64,000 nt of DNA, taken from positions 1-64,000 of the IMG/VR virus record IMGVR_UViG_3300013772_000002; one strand, given 5' to 3'. A program made the position numbers and the translations under genes. The notes below the pieces were generated by a model that was given only the letters and a program-made list of their open reading frames with translations, made no database searches and had not been told where the DNA came from. Origin of the DNA: a virus. This document shows, one piece after another, positions 16,434 to 26,119 of the stretch (positions are counted from its first letter, which is position 1; each line of letters starts with the position of its first letter).

Positions 16434-16774
16434 TGTCTATTATCCTTACCGATGAAGACCTCATTGGTAGTCCTTTCGAGGATAAGTACAAGAAGGCGAA
16501 GCGCCTTGAGAGAGAAAATGCCGCGTTGCGCGCCTTACTCATCGAGGGCGTGCCACATATGCGCAGTGGTTCCTGTGAACTCGACGACTTCCAGGGTACG
16601 ACTTGTGCCTGTTGCTATGCCACCCTCGAAAGCGATCACGAGTTCCTCTGGCCGATCCAGCCACATCATCCCGATTGCTGGGTCTCGAAAGTCAGTGCCG
16701 CTGTCGGCATCAGCATCGAGGAGATAGAGAAGACGCCACTCGTACGACCGCCGTTTGAGGGGGAGGTAGAATAG
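16433..16774 (+). CDS. Hypothetical protein with a CxxC...H.PDC motif
   Basis: TAATG coupling, AAGGA RBS. Confidence 0.65.
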   Translation: MSIILTDEDLIGSPFEDKYKKAKRLERENAALRALLIEGVPHMRSGSCELDDFQGTTCACCYATLESDHEFLWPIQPHHPDCWVSKVSAAVGISIEEIEKTPLVRPPFEGEVE

Positions 16775-16777
16775 ATC

Positions 16778-17008
16778 ATGGGCTACGAACCTGACGTAAC
16801 AGATGCTGATGGCAATCGGGGGATGAAGTATATCTCTAGCGGCAAGTTGATCACAATCCTCTCGAAGTTTCCTTCTAAGACGCATATTGGCGAGAATAAG
16901 GTCACCGGAAACCTCGTCGTCTTCTTTCCGTCGAAAGGGCGTCGTGACTATTGGGAATACGCTGGCTGGATTAGCTTGATGGACGAGGAGTTCCACGACA
17001 TTCGCTGA
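16778..17008 (+). CDS. Hypothetical protein, 76 aa
   Basis: GGAGGT RBS. Confidence 0.65.
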   Translation: MGYEPDVTDADGNRGMKYISSGKLITILSKFPSKTHIGENKVTGNLVVFFPSKGRRDYWEYAGWISLMDEEFHDIR

Positions 17009-17017
17009 GGGAGATGT

Positions 17018-17497
17018 ATGGCACGCTATCAACGAATAGAGAACGCCAACACGGAGATTGCGGCGCTGACCGTCGAGCGCGACCAGGCGATCGATGAGCG
17101 CAATCAGATGTTGGACGTCGCGACAAGATACGCGGAGCAATCCGATGCCGCGCTCCATGCGTTGGCGCGTCTCGTCGCGGATGACCGTTTCGATGAACGG
17201 ACTGGTGGCTATCCTTGGTCGTCCTGCTCGTTCTGTGGCGGTCTTCATTTTGACTCGCCCGATGAAGAATTTTGGCCGGATGATGTGCCGTGGAGCGAAG
17301 AAGAGCACGATCGCCGTAACGAGATAAATCAGGCGCTCTACGATGCGTTTGTCGAATATACCGATCACACGCCGGACTGCCCACTTATGCTTGGGCGCGC
17401 CGTTCTCGCGAACATTCGTGGAGAAACGATCGACGACGACTGCCCGACGCCCGATGTCTGTGCGTCGGACGAGCGCTGTCGTGGGCAGTGTTGGTAA
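17018..17497 (+). CDS. Hypothetical protein with a CxxC...HTPDCP motif
   Basis: GGGAG RBS; motif shared with 16433-16774. Confidence 0.65.
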   Translation: MARYQRIENANTEIAALTVERDQAIDERNQMLDVATRYAEQSDAALHALARLVADDRFDERTGGYPWSSCSFCGGLHFDSPDEEFWPDDVPWSEEEHDRRNEINQALYDAFVEYTDHTPDCPLMLGRAVLANIRGETIDDDCPTPDVCASDERCRGQCW

Positions 17498-17508
17498 GGA
17501 GAACCACC

Positions 17509-17799
17509 GTGACGCCAGAAAATGTTGCCGACCTCATTCGCGCCCTTGTGATGGTGGATCGTGCCGAGAAGAAACTGCGCGGCCTAGCCCTTCCCTACGA
17601 TCCGACTCGTTCACTTGCAAATGTCCACGAGAAACTCGAGGGTTGTTTGGGATCACTGATCAGGACCGAACAGAACGATCTCTACACTGCCGGAAGCGCA
17701 CTCTACGACGAGTGGTGGGGATCGCGTTGGGACGAAGACGTCGCGCTTGACGAGAAACGGACTGCCGCACTCACCGCCAATAACTTGACAATCAATTGA
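17509..17799 (+). CDS. Hypothetical protein
   Basis: AAGGAG RBS before GTG. Confidence 0.6.
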   Translation: MTPENVADLIRALVMVDRAEKKLRGLALPYDPTRSLANVHEKLEGCLGSLIRTEQNDLYTAGSALYDEWWGSRWDEDVALDEKRTAALTANNLTIN

Positions 17800-17894
17800 T
17801 ATCATGATATAGTGGCTACGTGTCGACCATGAATATTTATCGTGTAGTCGTTTGGAATAGACGGTCTACCGACACGTAGCGGGGTATTGACGAC

Positions 17895-18875
17895 ATGCGA
17901 CAACAGGGACATCTATCCAGAACGGTAGTGACTGCAATGATTGCATTCTTCCTCCTCTTCCCCAGTACCATCAGCGCGGATCGCGGCGTGCCGCCCCCAG
18001 TGTCGGCAACGACCACGGCTGTGCCGACGGCGCGCCCCAGTTCGCCATTGGCGCCGAGAGCCATCGATCCGACGATATCGCCCCTCCCACCTCAGAAGCC
18101 ACCAATCCCGGCGCGCTTATCTCCGCCGGTTGTGACGCCGCCCCCATCAAGTGCACCAGCCCCACGCTCTCCGGTCGTATTGCCGCACGCACTTTTCGTC
18201 GGCGACTCGGTGACAACCGGAGGATATGGTGGTGAGGAAATCGCCTATCCCGACGACGTCTGCGCCAGAAAGGGATGGCAGCGCGTCGGTCAGGCGCCGT
18301 ACATCGCGGGGACGAATGCCGCTATTCCCGGATCGACGCTTCAGGACTATTCTGGTTCCTTCTACCCCGCCGTGGACACCTTCGCGGAACGCGGAGCCAC
18401 TCTGGACGTACAGTTCCTCTTCATTCAGATTGGCACGAACGACTGGGGTTCCGATCGAGCGATGACGCTCGATACATGGGGATCGGCGCTGGCGAACCTG
18501 CTTACGCAGGTGAACCAAATGGCGAGTCACCCACATGTTTATGTCATCGGTCTGCAGACGATCTTCTTCACCGACTACACCGACCCGCTCGTGCTGGATG
18601 GTACGGGAGTTCCCTCAGCGACACACTGGTGGAGTAGCATTGCCGGTAACCAGGCGGAGGCGCAGGTGTTGCTCGACGGACGGACCGCTGCGGTCGCCAA
18701 GATGTTCGGCGCGACCTTCATTCCACTGATGCCCGGGATGGACCTGGCGACGATGTTCAATCACAACTCGAATGGCACGATTAATCTGCATCCCAATACA
18801 CTTGGCAATCGCTACATCACCGACCGCGTGATGGGTGTGGTGGGTGTCCAAAATCGGTTGCCTCCTGCACGGTAG
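17895..18875 (+). CDS. Secreted SGNH/GDSL hydrolase with signal peptide and Pro-rich linker
   Basis: Hydrophobic N-terminus; FVGDSVTTG, NAAIPGS, IGTND and LHPN blocks. Confidence 0.85.
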   Translation: MRQQGHLSRTVVTAMIAFFLLFPSTISADRGVPPPVSATTTAVPTARPSSPLAPRAIDPTISPLPPQKPPIPARLSPPVVTPPPSSAPAPRSPVVLPHALFVGDSVTTGGYGGEEIAYPDDVCARKGWQRVGQAPYIAGTNAAIPGSTLQDYSGSFYPAVDTFAERGATLDVQFLFIQIGTNDWGSDRAMTLDTWGSALANLLTQVNQMASHPHVYVIGLQTIFFTDYTDPLVLDGTGVPSATHWWSSIAGNQAEAQVLLDGRTAAVAKMFGATFIPLMPGMDLATMFNHNSNGTINLHPNTLGNRYITDRVMGVVGVQNRLPPAR

Positions 18876-18933
18876 AATGTTGACGAGATAGATGTACGAT
18901 GATATTCTTCGACGAGAAGAAAAGGAGTGTTTC

Positions 18934-19239
18934 ATGGAAACGATTACGTTACGTAACGGAACCCCAGTCCCTGGTCCCGTCTTTGACACGACGATGGCTG
19001 AGATCAAGAAACTTGCCATGCTCGAGCCGGTCGCTTTCTACGAACTGACGCTAACCTGTCGCGTCACCGGGCGCACGATCGACGACGAGACCGTTTGTCT
19101 TTACCTGAAGACGACTGGATTGATCGGTGAGGACGGTCAGCCGGACGATGTCACGCGCGAGATCGTGCTCGCCGCCGTCGGTGGTAGTGGATTCTTCCTC
19201 CACCTTCGCGCGGATGTCGTTGATCTCGGTGGCGACTAA
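18934..19239 (+). CDS. Hypothetical protein
   Basis: Promoter 18880, AAGGAG RBS. Confidence 0.7.
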   Translation: METITLRNGTPVPGPVFDTTMAEIKKLAMLEPVAFYELTLTCRVTGRTIDDETVCLYLKTTGLIGEDGQPDDVTREIVLAAVGGSGFFLHLRADVVDLGGD

Positions 19240-19450
19240 AGCACTGACGCCCTGCCCGCTTTGTCATGGACAGTGCTACGTCTACCGTCGTGCAACCGGA
19301 CGTCATCTCTGCCCGTGTTGTGGTGGCGAGGGCACATCGACGCGATCGGATGTCTTTATGCGCCAGCAACTTGGCGATGAGTTGGCGGATGAGTTTATCT
19401 CGCTCCGTACTGTCGGACGCGAAGGAGTAACACGCGATGGGTCTCTGTAA
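19229..19450 (+). CDS. Small Zn-finger protein (CPLCxG...CPCCGG)
   Basis: Paired Cys motifs. Confidence 0.55.
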   Translation: MATKALTPCPLCHGQCYVYRRATGRHLCPCCGGEGTSTRSDVFMRQQLGDELADEFISLRTVGREGVTRDGSL

Positions 19451-19796
19451 CTGTCTCAATCCACATCCAAACTGCATCGCCTGTGGGAACTGGCGGCCGG
19501 AATATTTCTCGGCGCCGATGCCATATGATTCGTTAACCCCCGGGTATGGGTGGCCATCGTCCTTTCCATCGCCCTTTCCACTACCGTCGCCCCCCCGCCC
19601 GAATATCTACCCTTTGTACGCCGACCCATCCGAGACGTCGCGCCTGAAGGCGCTTGAAGTGGCGATGGGTCTTTTCCAGTTGGCGGACTTGCTTAACAAG
19701 AGTTGTGGGTGGGACTTGGCGAAGGAGTGCATTGCTTTCGCGCTCAAACTCCAGGGCGTTTCCCCGTCAGACTTCGATGCCGATACGGCGGAGTGA
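19437..19796 (+). CDS. Hypothetical protein with a Cys/Pro-rich N-terminus
   Basis: AAGGAG RBS. Confidence 0.6.
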   Translation: MGLCNCLNPHPNCIACGNWRPEYFSAPMPYDSLTPGYGWPSSFPSPFPLPSPPRPNIYPLYADPSETSRLKALEVAMGLFQLADLLNKSCGWDLAKECIAFALKLQGVSPSDFDADTAE

Positions 19797-20332
19797 AACA
19801 GCCGCGCATTACCTGTCCGTTAATGCGTGAACTCGAACGTGTCTGGGAAGAGACGGGCGCGTGTCTCTGGTCCCCCGAGCAAAGAGATGCGTTCGGACGA
19901 CTTGCCGATGAGATTGTCTGGGACTATTGGTATTATATGCTGGGGCATTGGCTCCGGGTGCGCAATTGTCAGTACACAACCTTGGTTGACGACACGATCA
20001 CGCTCAATCGTGGCTGGTACGTTCAGGAGGTTCACTGCATGAATGGCAAGCATCCCGATGCTCCGGGAGCGGCGCCGATGACCGTTGTGGAGATTGCCGG
20101 ACCGTTCGAGACGCGGTGGGAGGCGATTCTGGACGCGGATGAGCGCAGTACGTTCCCATACAAAGTGGATGACGCACACAAGGATGAGATCGTTCGTGCT
20201 GCGCATATGGCGTGGCTCTGGTCGCCGACATATGCGCGTGACCAAGGCTACGAATGCGAAGACGATCGGTTCGAGGATGCGATGGTCGAGCTCGGCCGGC
20301 TACTCGGGGAACATAAGGCACTGATCACTTGA
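19793..20332 (+). CDS. Hypothetical protein
   Basis: GTGA coupling. Confidence 0.65.
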   Translation: MKQPRITCPLMRELERVWEETGACLWSPEQRDAFGRLADEIVWDYWYYMLGHWLRVRNCQYTTLVDDTITLNRGWYVQEVHCMNGKHPDAPGAAPMTVVEIAGPFETRWEAILDADERSTFPYKVDDAHKDEIVRAAHMAWLWSPTYARDQGYECEDDRFEDAMVELGRLLGEHKALIT

Positions 20333-20383
20333 CAAGGTAATCATTCTATGATAAGGTCGGGATAACGACAAAGGAGTACATCA

Positions 20384-21448
20384 TTGAGTGAGTTCGCCGT
20401 TACCGTTCACCGCCTTCATCTCGAACCCCATCCCAATGCCGATAGAATTTTAATCGGCAGCGTGTTTGGACAGGCGTACCAGTTCGTTGTTGGAAATGAT
20501 CGGGTAGAGGCCGAGATGGGGGCGTATATACCAGAGGGAGCGGTGTTGCCCATCCACCTCATTGAGGAGATGGAGCTCGTTGGTAAACTCGCGGGTAGCG
20601 CCCACAACCGCGTCAGGGCGATCAAGCTTCGAGGTGTCCTCTCGCAGGGTCTATGGTACCCCATCGATCGTCGCGATCCGTCGTTCGAGAGTGTTATCGT
20701 GGGCGACGACCTCACCGATTCTCTTGGTATCGAAAAGTACGAGCAGCCGATCCCCATTCACATGGCGGGAAAGATTAAAACCGGACCCGCGTCGAATATC
20801 TGGAGACACTACGACATTGAGAACATCAAGCGCTATCCGGATGTGATTGCCGATGGCGAGATGGTCGTGATAACCGAGAAGCTCCACGGGAGCTTCTGTG
20901 CCGTGGGCATCGTTGGTGGTGAGCGAGTCGTAACCTCAAAGGGTTACCTCTCGCGTGGTCTGGTTATTGTCGAGGATGACGATAATGTCTACTGGCGCAC
21001 GGTAAAGGCTGAGGGACTGCACGAGAAGCTAGCGAGTCTCCTGGTAAGTACCGACAGCACGGAAGTGCTGCTCTTCGGCGAGGTTTGTGGTGTCCAGGAC
21101 CTCAAATATGGTCTAAGCGGCGGCAAGACATTCTTTCGGGCATTTGACCTCCTGGCCGAAAATGGAGATGAACGTGGTTCGTTCCAGTTCATTCCTATGG
21201 ACTGGATGGAGTGGGATTGCGAACAGGAGAACATTCCAATGGTTCCAATCCTCTATGGTGGACCGTTCAGTGCGAAGGTTTTGGCGGAGCATACGAGCGG
21301 AAAGAGTACGCTTGCCGACCATATACGCGAAGGAGTTGTCGTCCAGCCGATGGTGCCGCGGTACGAATCGCCGTTGGGGCGCGTCATTCTCAAGTCTGTC
21401 AGTGAGCAGTATCTGTTGCGCAAGGGCGAGACGACGGAATACGAATAG
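20384..21448 (+). CDS. RNA ligase, DRB0094/Rnl5-like family
   Basis: PHPNAD N-terminus; LRGVLSQG; motif I TEKLHG; FGEV, FRAFD, REGVVV and ILKSVS. Confidence 0.9.
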   Translation: MSEFAVTVHRLHLEPHPNADRILIGSVFGQAYQFVVGNDRVEAEMGAYIPEGAVLPIHLIEEMELVGKLAGSAHNRVRAIKLRGVLSQGLWYPIDRRDPSFESVIVGDDLTDSLGIEKYEQPIPIHMAGKIKTGPASNIWRHYDIENIKRYPDVIADGEMVVITEKLHGSFCAVGIVGGERVVTSKGYLSRGLVIVEDDDNVYWRTVKAEGLHEKLASLLVSTDSTEVLLFGEVCGVQDLKYGLSGGKTFFRAFDLLAENGDERGSFQFIPMDWMEWDCEQENIPMVPILYGGPFSAKVLAEHTSGKSTLADHIREGVVVQPMVPRYESPLGRVILKSVSEQYLLRKGETTEYE

Positions 21449-21463
21449 ACGAAAGGAACGATC

Positions 21464-21643
21464 GTGAGTAAGCACAAGTCGAACAATCCCGATGCATCGG
21501 TCGGCACACTGATGTGGCGACACCTGAAACTGAGACACACCAATCCAAGGATGCACCGGAAATGGCATAAAGAGGGGAAGACCCCGGGGAAACTGGCTCA
21601 AATTACTCTCAGTGAGCGAAGAGCCGAACACCATACCAAGTAG
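21464..21643 (+). CDS. Small basic protein, 59 aa
   Basis: GAAAGGA RBS before GTG. Confidence 0.5.
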   Translation: MSKHKSNNPDASVGTLMWRHLKLRHTNPRMHRKWHKEGKTPGKLAQITLSERRAEHHTK

Positions 21644-21784
21644 GATTTGGAATTAGCGAGAAACGGCGGTGGTACGGGCTAAAATGTCGACGAAAGTGCT
21701 TGACAAAACATCAGAAACATGATATCGTAATCACGTGACTCGTCCACTTAATTAATTCGCCCACTTGTGGGAAAGGCGCCAACG

Positions 21785-23680
21785 ATGAACTTGCGCGACG
21801 AACTGGAAGCCTATCGTGCCGAAGAGGGAAAGATCACCTGGACGGGCTCCTTCACTGACTATTTTGACGTGGTAATGAAGAACCCCTCTCTCGTCCGCCT
21901 CTCCCACTCTCGTGTCTTCAACATGATTCTTGATGCCGGCACGACGGTCGAGGAGAACAAGCCTATCCATTACAATTTCTTCGATGAAGAAATTTATGGC
22001 ATTGACCCCGCTTTGCAGCAGGTTGTCGAGTATTTCCGTTCCGCGGCACAGCGCCTCGAGGTACGGAAGCGTATCCTCCTGCTGATGGGTCCGGTCGGTG
22101 GTGGTAAGAGCACGATCGTCAGCTCCTTGAAGCGCGGCATGGAGGCATACAGCCGTAGCGATGCCGGCGCGATGTACGCGATCGTCGGTTGCCCGATGCA
22201 CGAGGAGCCACTCCATCTCGTTCCTGACTCGATGCGAGCGAAAATCGAGAGGGATCATGGCATCTATATCGAGGGAGACCTCTGCCCCCATTGCCGCCAC
22301 GAGTTGGAACACACCCACGGCGGTCGTGCCGAGGACGTTCAAGTCGAGCGTATCACTTTCTCTGAGAAAGCACGGGTTGGTATCGGTACCTTCAGTCCGT
22401 CCGACCCGAAGTCGCAGGACATCTCCGAACTCACCGGAGGAATTGACTTCAGCACTATCGCCGAGGTTGGGTCAGAGAGCGATCCGCGCGCCTATCGCTT
22501 TGACGGAGAGCTGAATATTGCCAACCGCGGTCTGATGGAAATGGTTGAGATGTTGAAGGTCGACGAGAAGTTCCTCTATGTTCTTCTCACGCTCTCGCAG
22601 GAACAGAACATCAAGACGGGTCGCTTCGCGATGATCTATGCCGATGAAGTGATCATCTCGCATACCAACGAGCACGAGTATGCCGCGTTCGTCGGGAACA
22701 AGCGGTCGGAAGCCCTGCAGGATCGGATCATCCTCGTCAAGGTGCCGTACAACTTGCGCGTCTCGGACGAAGTGAAGATTTACTCGAAGTTGCTCAGGCA
22801 GAGCACCATTGGTAACATCCATGTTGCCCCCTACACCCTAGAAACCGCCGCGACCTTCGCGATCCTTTCCCGTCTGGAGCAGTCCAAGAAGTCAGGCATG
22901 AACCTGATCAAGAAACTCAAGCTCTACGACGGTCAATCCGTGGATGGCTTTCAGGAGAAGGACGTCAAGGAGCTTCGTGAAGAGGCGGTGCGAGAGGGGA
23001 TGGATGGTATCTCACCTCGCTATGTGATCAACCGCATCTCGGCGGCGCTGGCACGTGAGGGGACGACGTTTATTTCCCCGATCGATGCTCTGCGGTCACT
23101 CAAGGACGGCCTCGAACAGCATACAAGCATCACTCCCGCCCAACGCGAGACGTACCTCGGTCTGATCTCGGACGCTCGCAAGGAATATGACGAGATCGCC
23201 AAGCGCGAGGTACAGAAGGCGTTCGTCTATGCCTTTGAAGACAGCGCGAAGACGCTCTTCAATAACTACCTCGACAACGTTGAGGCATTCTGCAATAAGG
23301 TCAAGGTGAAGGACCCGATCACCGAAGAGGATGTCGCGCCCGATGAGAAGTTGATGCGCTCGATCGAAGAGCAGATCAATGTTTCCGAGGCGGGCAAGAC
23401 CGAGTTTCGTCAGGAAATTCTCATCCGCATCTCCTCCCTGGCGCGTCGCGGTCAGACCCTGAGCTACACCTCGCACGAGCGCCTCAAGGAGGCACTCGAG
23501 AAGAAAATGTTCGTCGACCTGCGCGATGTCGTCAAGATCACGACGAGCACGAAAACGCCGGACGCCGAGCAACTGAAGCGGATCAACAACGTTGTCGAGC
23601 GGCTCGTTACCGAGCAGGGCTACACGACGGATTCAGCAAATGAGTTGTTGAAGTACGTCGGTACATTGCTCAACCGATGA
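21785..23680 (+). CDS. prkA: PrkA/YeaG family AAA+ serine protein kinase
   Basis: ILLLMGPVGGGKS Walker A; CPMHEEPL, DISELTG, SDPRAYRFDGELNIANRG and EGMDGISPRY. Confidence 0.95.
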   Translation: MNLRDELEAYRAEEGKITWTGSFTDYFDVVMKNPSLVRLSHSRVFNMILDAGTTVEENKPIHYNFFDEEIYGIDPALQQVVEYFRSAAQRLEVRKRILLLMGPVGGGKSTIVSSLKRGMEAYSRSDAGAMYAIVGCPMHEEPLHLVPDSMRAKIERDHGIYIEGDLCPHCRHELEHTHGGRAEDVQVERITFSEKARVGIGTFSPSDPKSQDISELTGGIDFSTIAEVGSESDPRAYRFDGELNIANRGLMEMVEMLKVDEKFLYVLLTLSQEQNIKTGRFAMIYADEVIISHTNEHEYAAFVGNKRSEALQDRIILVKVPYNLRVSDEVKIYSKLLRQSTIGNIHVAPYTLETAATFAILSRLEQSKKSGMNLIKKLKLYDGQSVDGFQEKDVKELREEAVREGMDGISPRYVINRISAALAREGTTFISPIDALRSLKDGLEQHTSITPAQRETYLGLISDARKEYDEIAKREVQKAFVYAFEDSAKTLFNNYLDNVEAFCNKVKVKDPITEEDVAPDEKLMRSIEEQINVSEAGKTEFRQEILIRISSLARRGQTLSYTSHERLKEALEKKMFVDLRDVVKITTSTKTPDAEQLKRINNVVERLVTEQGYTTDSANELLKYVGTLLNR

Positions 23681-24432
23681 TTGCATATTACGAGGAAGAT
23701 GGTATCAGCATCTTCCAGGCCGATTGTCGGGAAGTGCTGCCCACACTTTCCGACGTCGATCTTATCTTCACCAGCCCTCCATACAATAAAGGGTTGCGTG
23801 TTGATGGGAAGTGGAGCGGGATTGTTACCGAGTCGAGTAAGAGCCATCGTTTCCGAGCTGGCTACAATGGTCGTTCCGACATGATGGACCAGGGCGCGTA
23901 CGAGGAGTTGCATCGGGAGATATTGGGACTCTGCTGGCAGACGTTGTCACCAGGCGGCGCGATCTTCTATAACCACAAGCCGCGCATCGTCAACGGTCGA
24001 CTTTGGACGCCGCTTATCCTCAATCCCGGGTTGCCCCTCCGACAGATCGTCACCTGGGATACGGGGGCGGGTATCAATATCATGCCAGGCGCCTACGTGC
24101 CTGCTTACCAGTGGATCATGATCTTTGCCGGTTCGTCGTTTCGCCTCCGTTCTCGGGAGGATTCCGCCCTTTCCGATGTCTGGCATGTGCGTCCCGTTCA
24201 TTCGCGGGAGCACCCTGCTCCCTTCCCGGTCGATTTGGTTGAACGTGCGATTCGCACTACCGCGCCGCGAACGTTGCTTGATCCGTTTATGGGTACGGGG
24301 GCGGCGCTGATTGCCGCGAAGCGTGCGGGCATTCGAGCCATTGGTATCGAGCGGGAACGAGAGTATTGTGACGTCGCCATCCAGCGCCTGGAACATGAAT
24401 GCGCCACTGATATCATCGAGGAGATCGCATGA
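23677..24432 (+). CDS. DNA methyltransferase, N4-C/N6-A
   Basis: FTSPPY, HPAPFP, LDPFMGTG and IGIE. Confidence 0.9.
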   Translation: MIAYYEEDGISIFQADCREVLPTLSDVDLIFTSPPYNKGLRVDGKWSGIVTESSKSHRFRAGYNGRSDMMDQGAYEELHREILGLCWQTLSPGGAIFYNHKPRIVNGRLWTPLILNPGLPLRQIVTWDTGAGINIMPGAYVPAYQWIMIFAGSSFRLRSREDSALSDVWHVRPVHSREHPAPFPVDLVERAIRTTAPRTLLDPFMGTGAALIAAKRAGIRAIGIEREREYCDVAIQRLEHECATDIIEEIA

Positions 24433-24524
24433 GCACAACCGCGTTCGTGGTCGGTTGCCTGATCATTTTCGGCGTCGAGATTGCGATGCTCCTCTTCGCT
24501 TTCTACGTCTTGACTCGCGACTAG
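24429..24524 (+). CDS. Micro membrane peptide, 31 aa (MSTTAFVVGCLIIFG...)
   Basis: GAGGAG RBS, ATGA overlap, hydrophobic. Confidence 0.55.
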   Translation: MSTTAFVVGCLIIFGVEIAMLLFAFYVLTRD

Positions 24525-24541
24525 GCTGGGGGTTCGGGCAG

Positions 24542-24643
24542 ATGCATGAAGTCATTCGCTGGACATTGATTGCCGCTGGTTGGCTTCTGGCTCTCGGGTT
24601 CGCTCTAGCCCTCTGTCTCCTCGTCGGGGATTGGAGAGAGTAA
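24542..24643 (+). CDS. Micro membrane peptide, 33 aa (MHEVIRWTLIAAG...)
   Basis: GGGGGT RBS-like site, hydrophobic. Confidence 0.55.
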   Translation: MHEVIRWTLIAAGWLLALGFALALCLLVGDWRE

Positions 24644-24756
24644 TGCGCGCGACCCTCTATTTCTCGCTAACTGCTATGCGGGATAGCATATTTGGTCTCG
24701 CGTTCTCTCCGTTCGTTGTGCTCTTGATCTGTGCATATGTCGTTGCCAGTCGTTAG
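24643..24756 (+). CDS. Micro membrane peptide, 37 aa (MRATLYFSLTAMRD...)
   Basis: GGAG RBS, TAATG overlap. Confidence 0.55.
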   Translation: MRATLYFSLTAMRDSIFGLAFSPFVVLLICAYVVASR

Positions 24757-24771
24757 GCTAGGGGTGGTGTG

Positions 24772-24888
24772 ATGCGCGAGATTGTCTATTGGACCCTGAT
24801 CGTCATTCGTGACGTTGGGATCGCGATCGCAATCCTCTCCTTTATCTTCTTTCTTGCGCTCGCCCCAATCTTTATCGATTACGACTGA
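24772..24888 (+). CDS. Micro membrane peptide, 38 aa (MREIVYWTLIVIRD...)
   Basis: AGGGGT RBS, hydrophobic. Confidence 0.55.
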   Translation: MREIVYWTLIVIRDVGIAIAILSFIFFLALAPIFIDYD

Positions 24889-24901
24889 CCCGGAGGCATT
24901 T

Positions 24902-26107
24902 ATGGTTACCCCATCCGCCCAATCCTATCCAACGATCGCCCAGGGCAACTGGGACTTGCAGCGCAAGGGGATCGCTGACCGCGATCGGCATAACGCGAAA
25001 GTCAAGGACGCGATCAAGAAGAATCTGCCGGACATTATCTCCGAGCAGAGCATCATTGGTAGCGATGGCAAGAAGGTCATTCGCGTACCGATTCGTTCAC
25101 TCGACGAGCCCCGCTTTCGCTTCGGCGACGAGGGGGAGAAGGGCATCGGCCAGGGTCAGGGTGGCACGAAGAAGGGTGACGTTGTCGGCCAAGGACCGTC
25201 TCAGCCCGGGACTAGTCCTGGTCAGGGAGCGGGTGACCAGCCCGGCATTGATTACTACGAGGCGGAATTCACACTCGATGAGCTGACCGCGCTCATTTTC
25301 GAGGACCTCGGTCTACCGAATCTCGAGGAGAAGCGCCTTCAGACCGTCTCCTCGCCGACGATTCGTTTCAATGATGTGCGGAAGACGGGTGCGATGGCGA
25401 ACATCGACAAGCGGCGGACGATCATCGAGAACCTGAAACGAAACGGCATGAAGGGTGACGCGCATATTGGCAACATCAATCGTGACGATCTCCGTTTCAA
25501 GTCGTGGGAGGAAACCTTCGAGCGACAATCCGGCGCCGTGATCTTCGCGATGATGGATGTCTCCGGCAGTATGGGAAATACCGAGAAGTATATCGCTCGC
25601 GCCTTCTACTATTGGATGCTGGTTTTCCTGCGCACGAAGTACCAGAACGTCGAGGTCGTCTTCATCGCTCACCATACCGAAGCGAAAGAGGTGACCGAGG
25701 ATGAGTTCTTCACCAAGGGGGAGTCGGGCGGCACGATGTGTTCCTCGGCATTCAAACTCGCTTTGGAAATCCTCGAGACGCGTTACCGTCCCGAGGACTG
25801 GAATATCTACCCCTTCCTCTTCTCCGATGGCGATAACTGGGGAGGCGACAACGAAATCTGTAAGGAGCTGGTGACGAAATTGCTGATGGTTTCCGCCCTC
25901 GTCGGTTATGGAGAAATCAAGCATTCATGGGGATCATGGGGCGGTTATGGCAGCGCAGGTGGACTCGCTACTACCCTCCGGACGATCTCTCACCCGAAAC
26001 TGAGCGTCCTGGAAGTTAAGTCACGCGCGGACGTCTATCCCGCATTGCGTAAATTCTTCGGTCCGCAGGCCGATCCGGAGCCCGTTAGTCAGAACGCCGC
26101 CGCCTGA
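24902..26107 (+). CDS. yeaH: YeaH/YhbH (DUF444) vWA-like protein
   Basis: IPIRSLDEP-like N-terminal block, Gly-rich linker, MMDVSGSM, FIAHH, ESGGT and FSDGDN; GGAGG RBS. Confidence 0.93.
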   Translation: MVTPSAQSYPTIAQGNWDLQRKGIADRDRHNAKVKDAIKKNLPDIISEQSIIGSDGKKVIRVPIRSLDEPRFRFGDEGEKGIGQGQGGTKKGDVVGQGPSQPGTSPGQGAGDQPGIDYYEAEFTLDELTALIFEDLGLPNLEEKRLQTVSSPTIRFNDVRKTGAMANIDKRRTIIENLKRNGMKGDAHIGNINRDDLRFKSWEETFERQSGAVIFAMMDVSGSMGNTEKYIARAFYYWMLVFLRTKYQNVEVVFIAHHTEAKEVTEDEFFTKGESGGTMCSSAFKLALEILETRYRPEDWNIYPFLFSDGDNWGGDNEICKELVTKLLMVSALVGYGEIKHSWGSWGGYGSAGGLATTLRTISHPKLSVLEVKSRADVYPALRKFFGPQADPEPVSQNAAA

Positions 26108-26119
26108 GAGGAGCAACCA

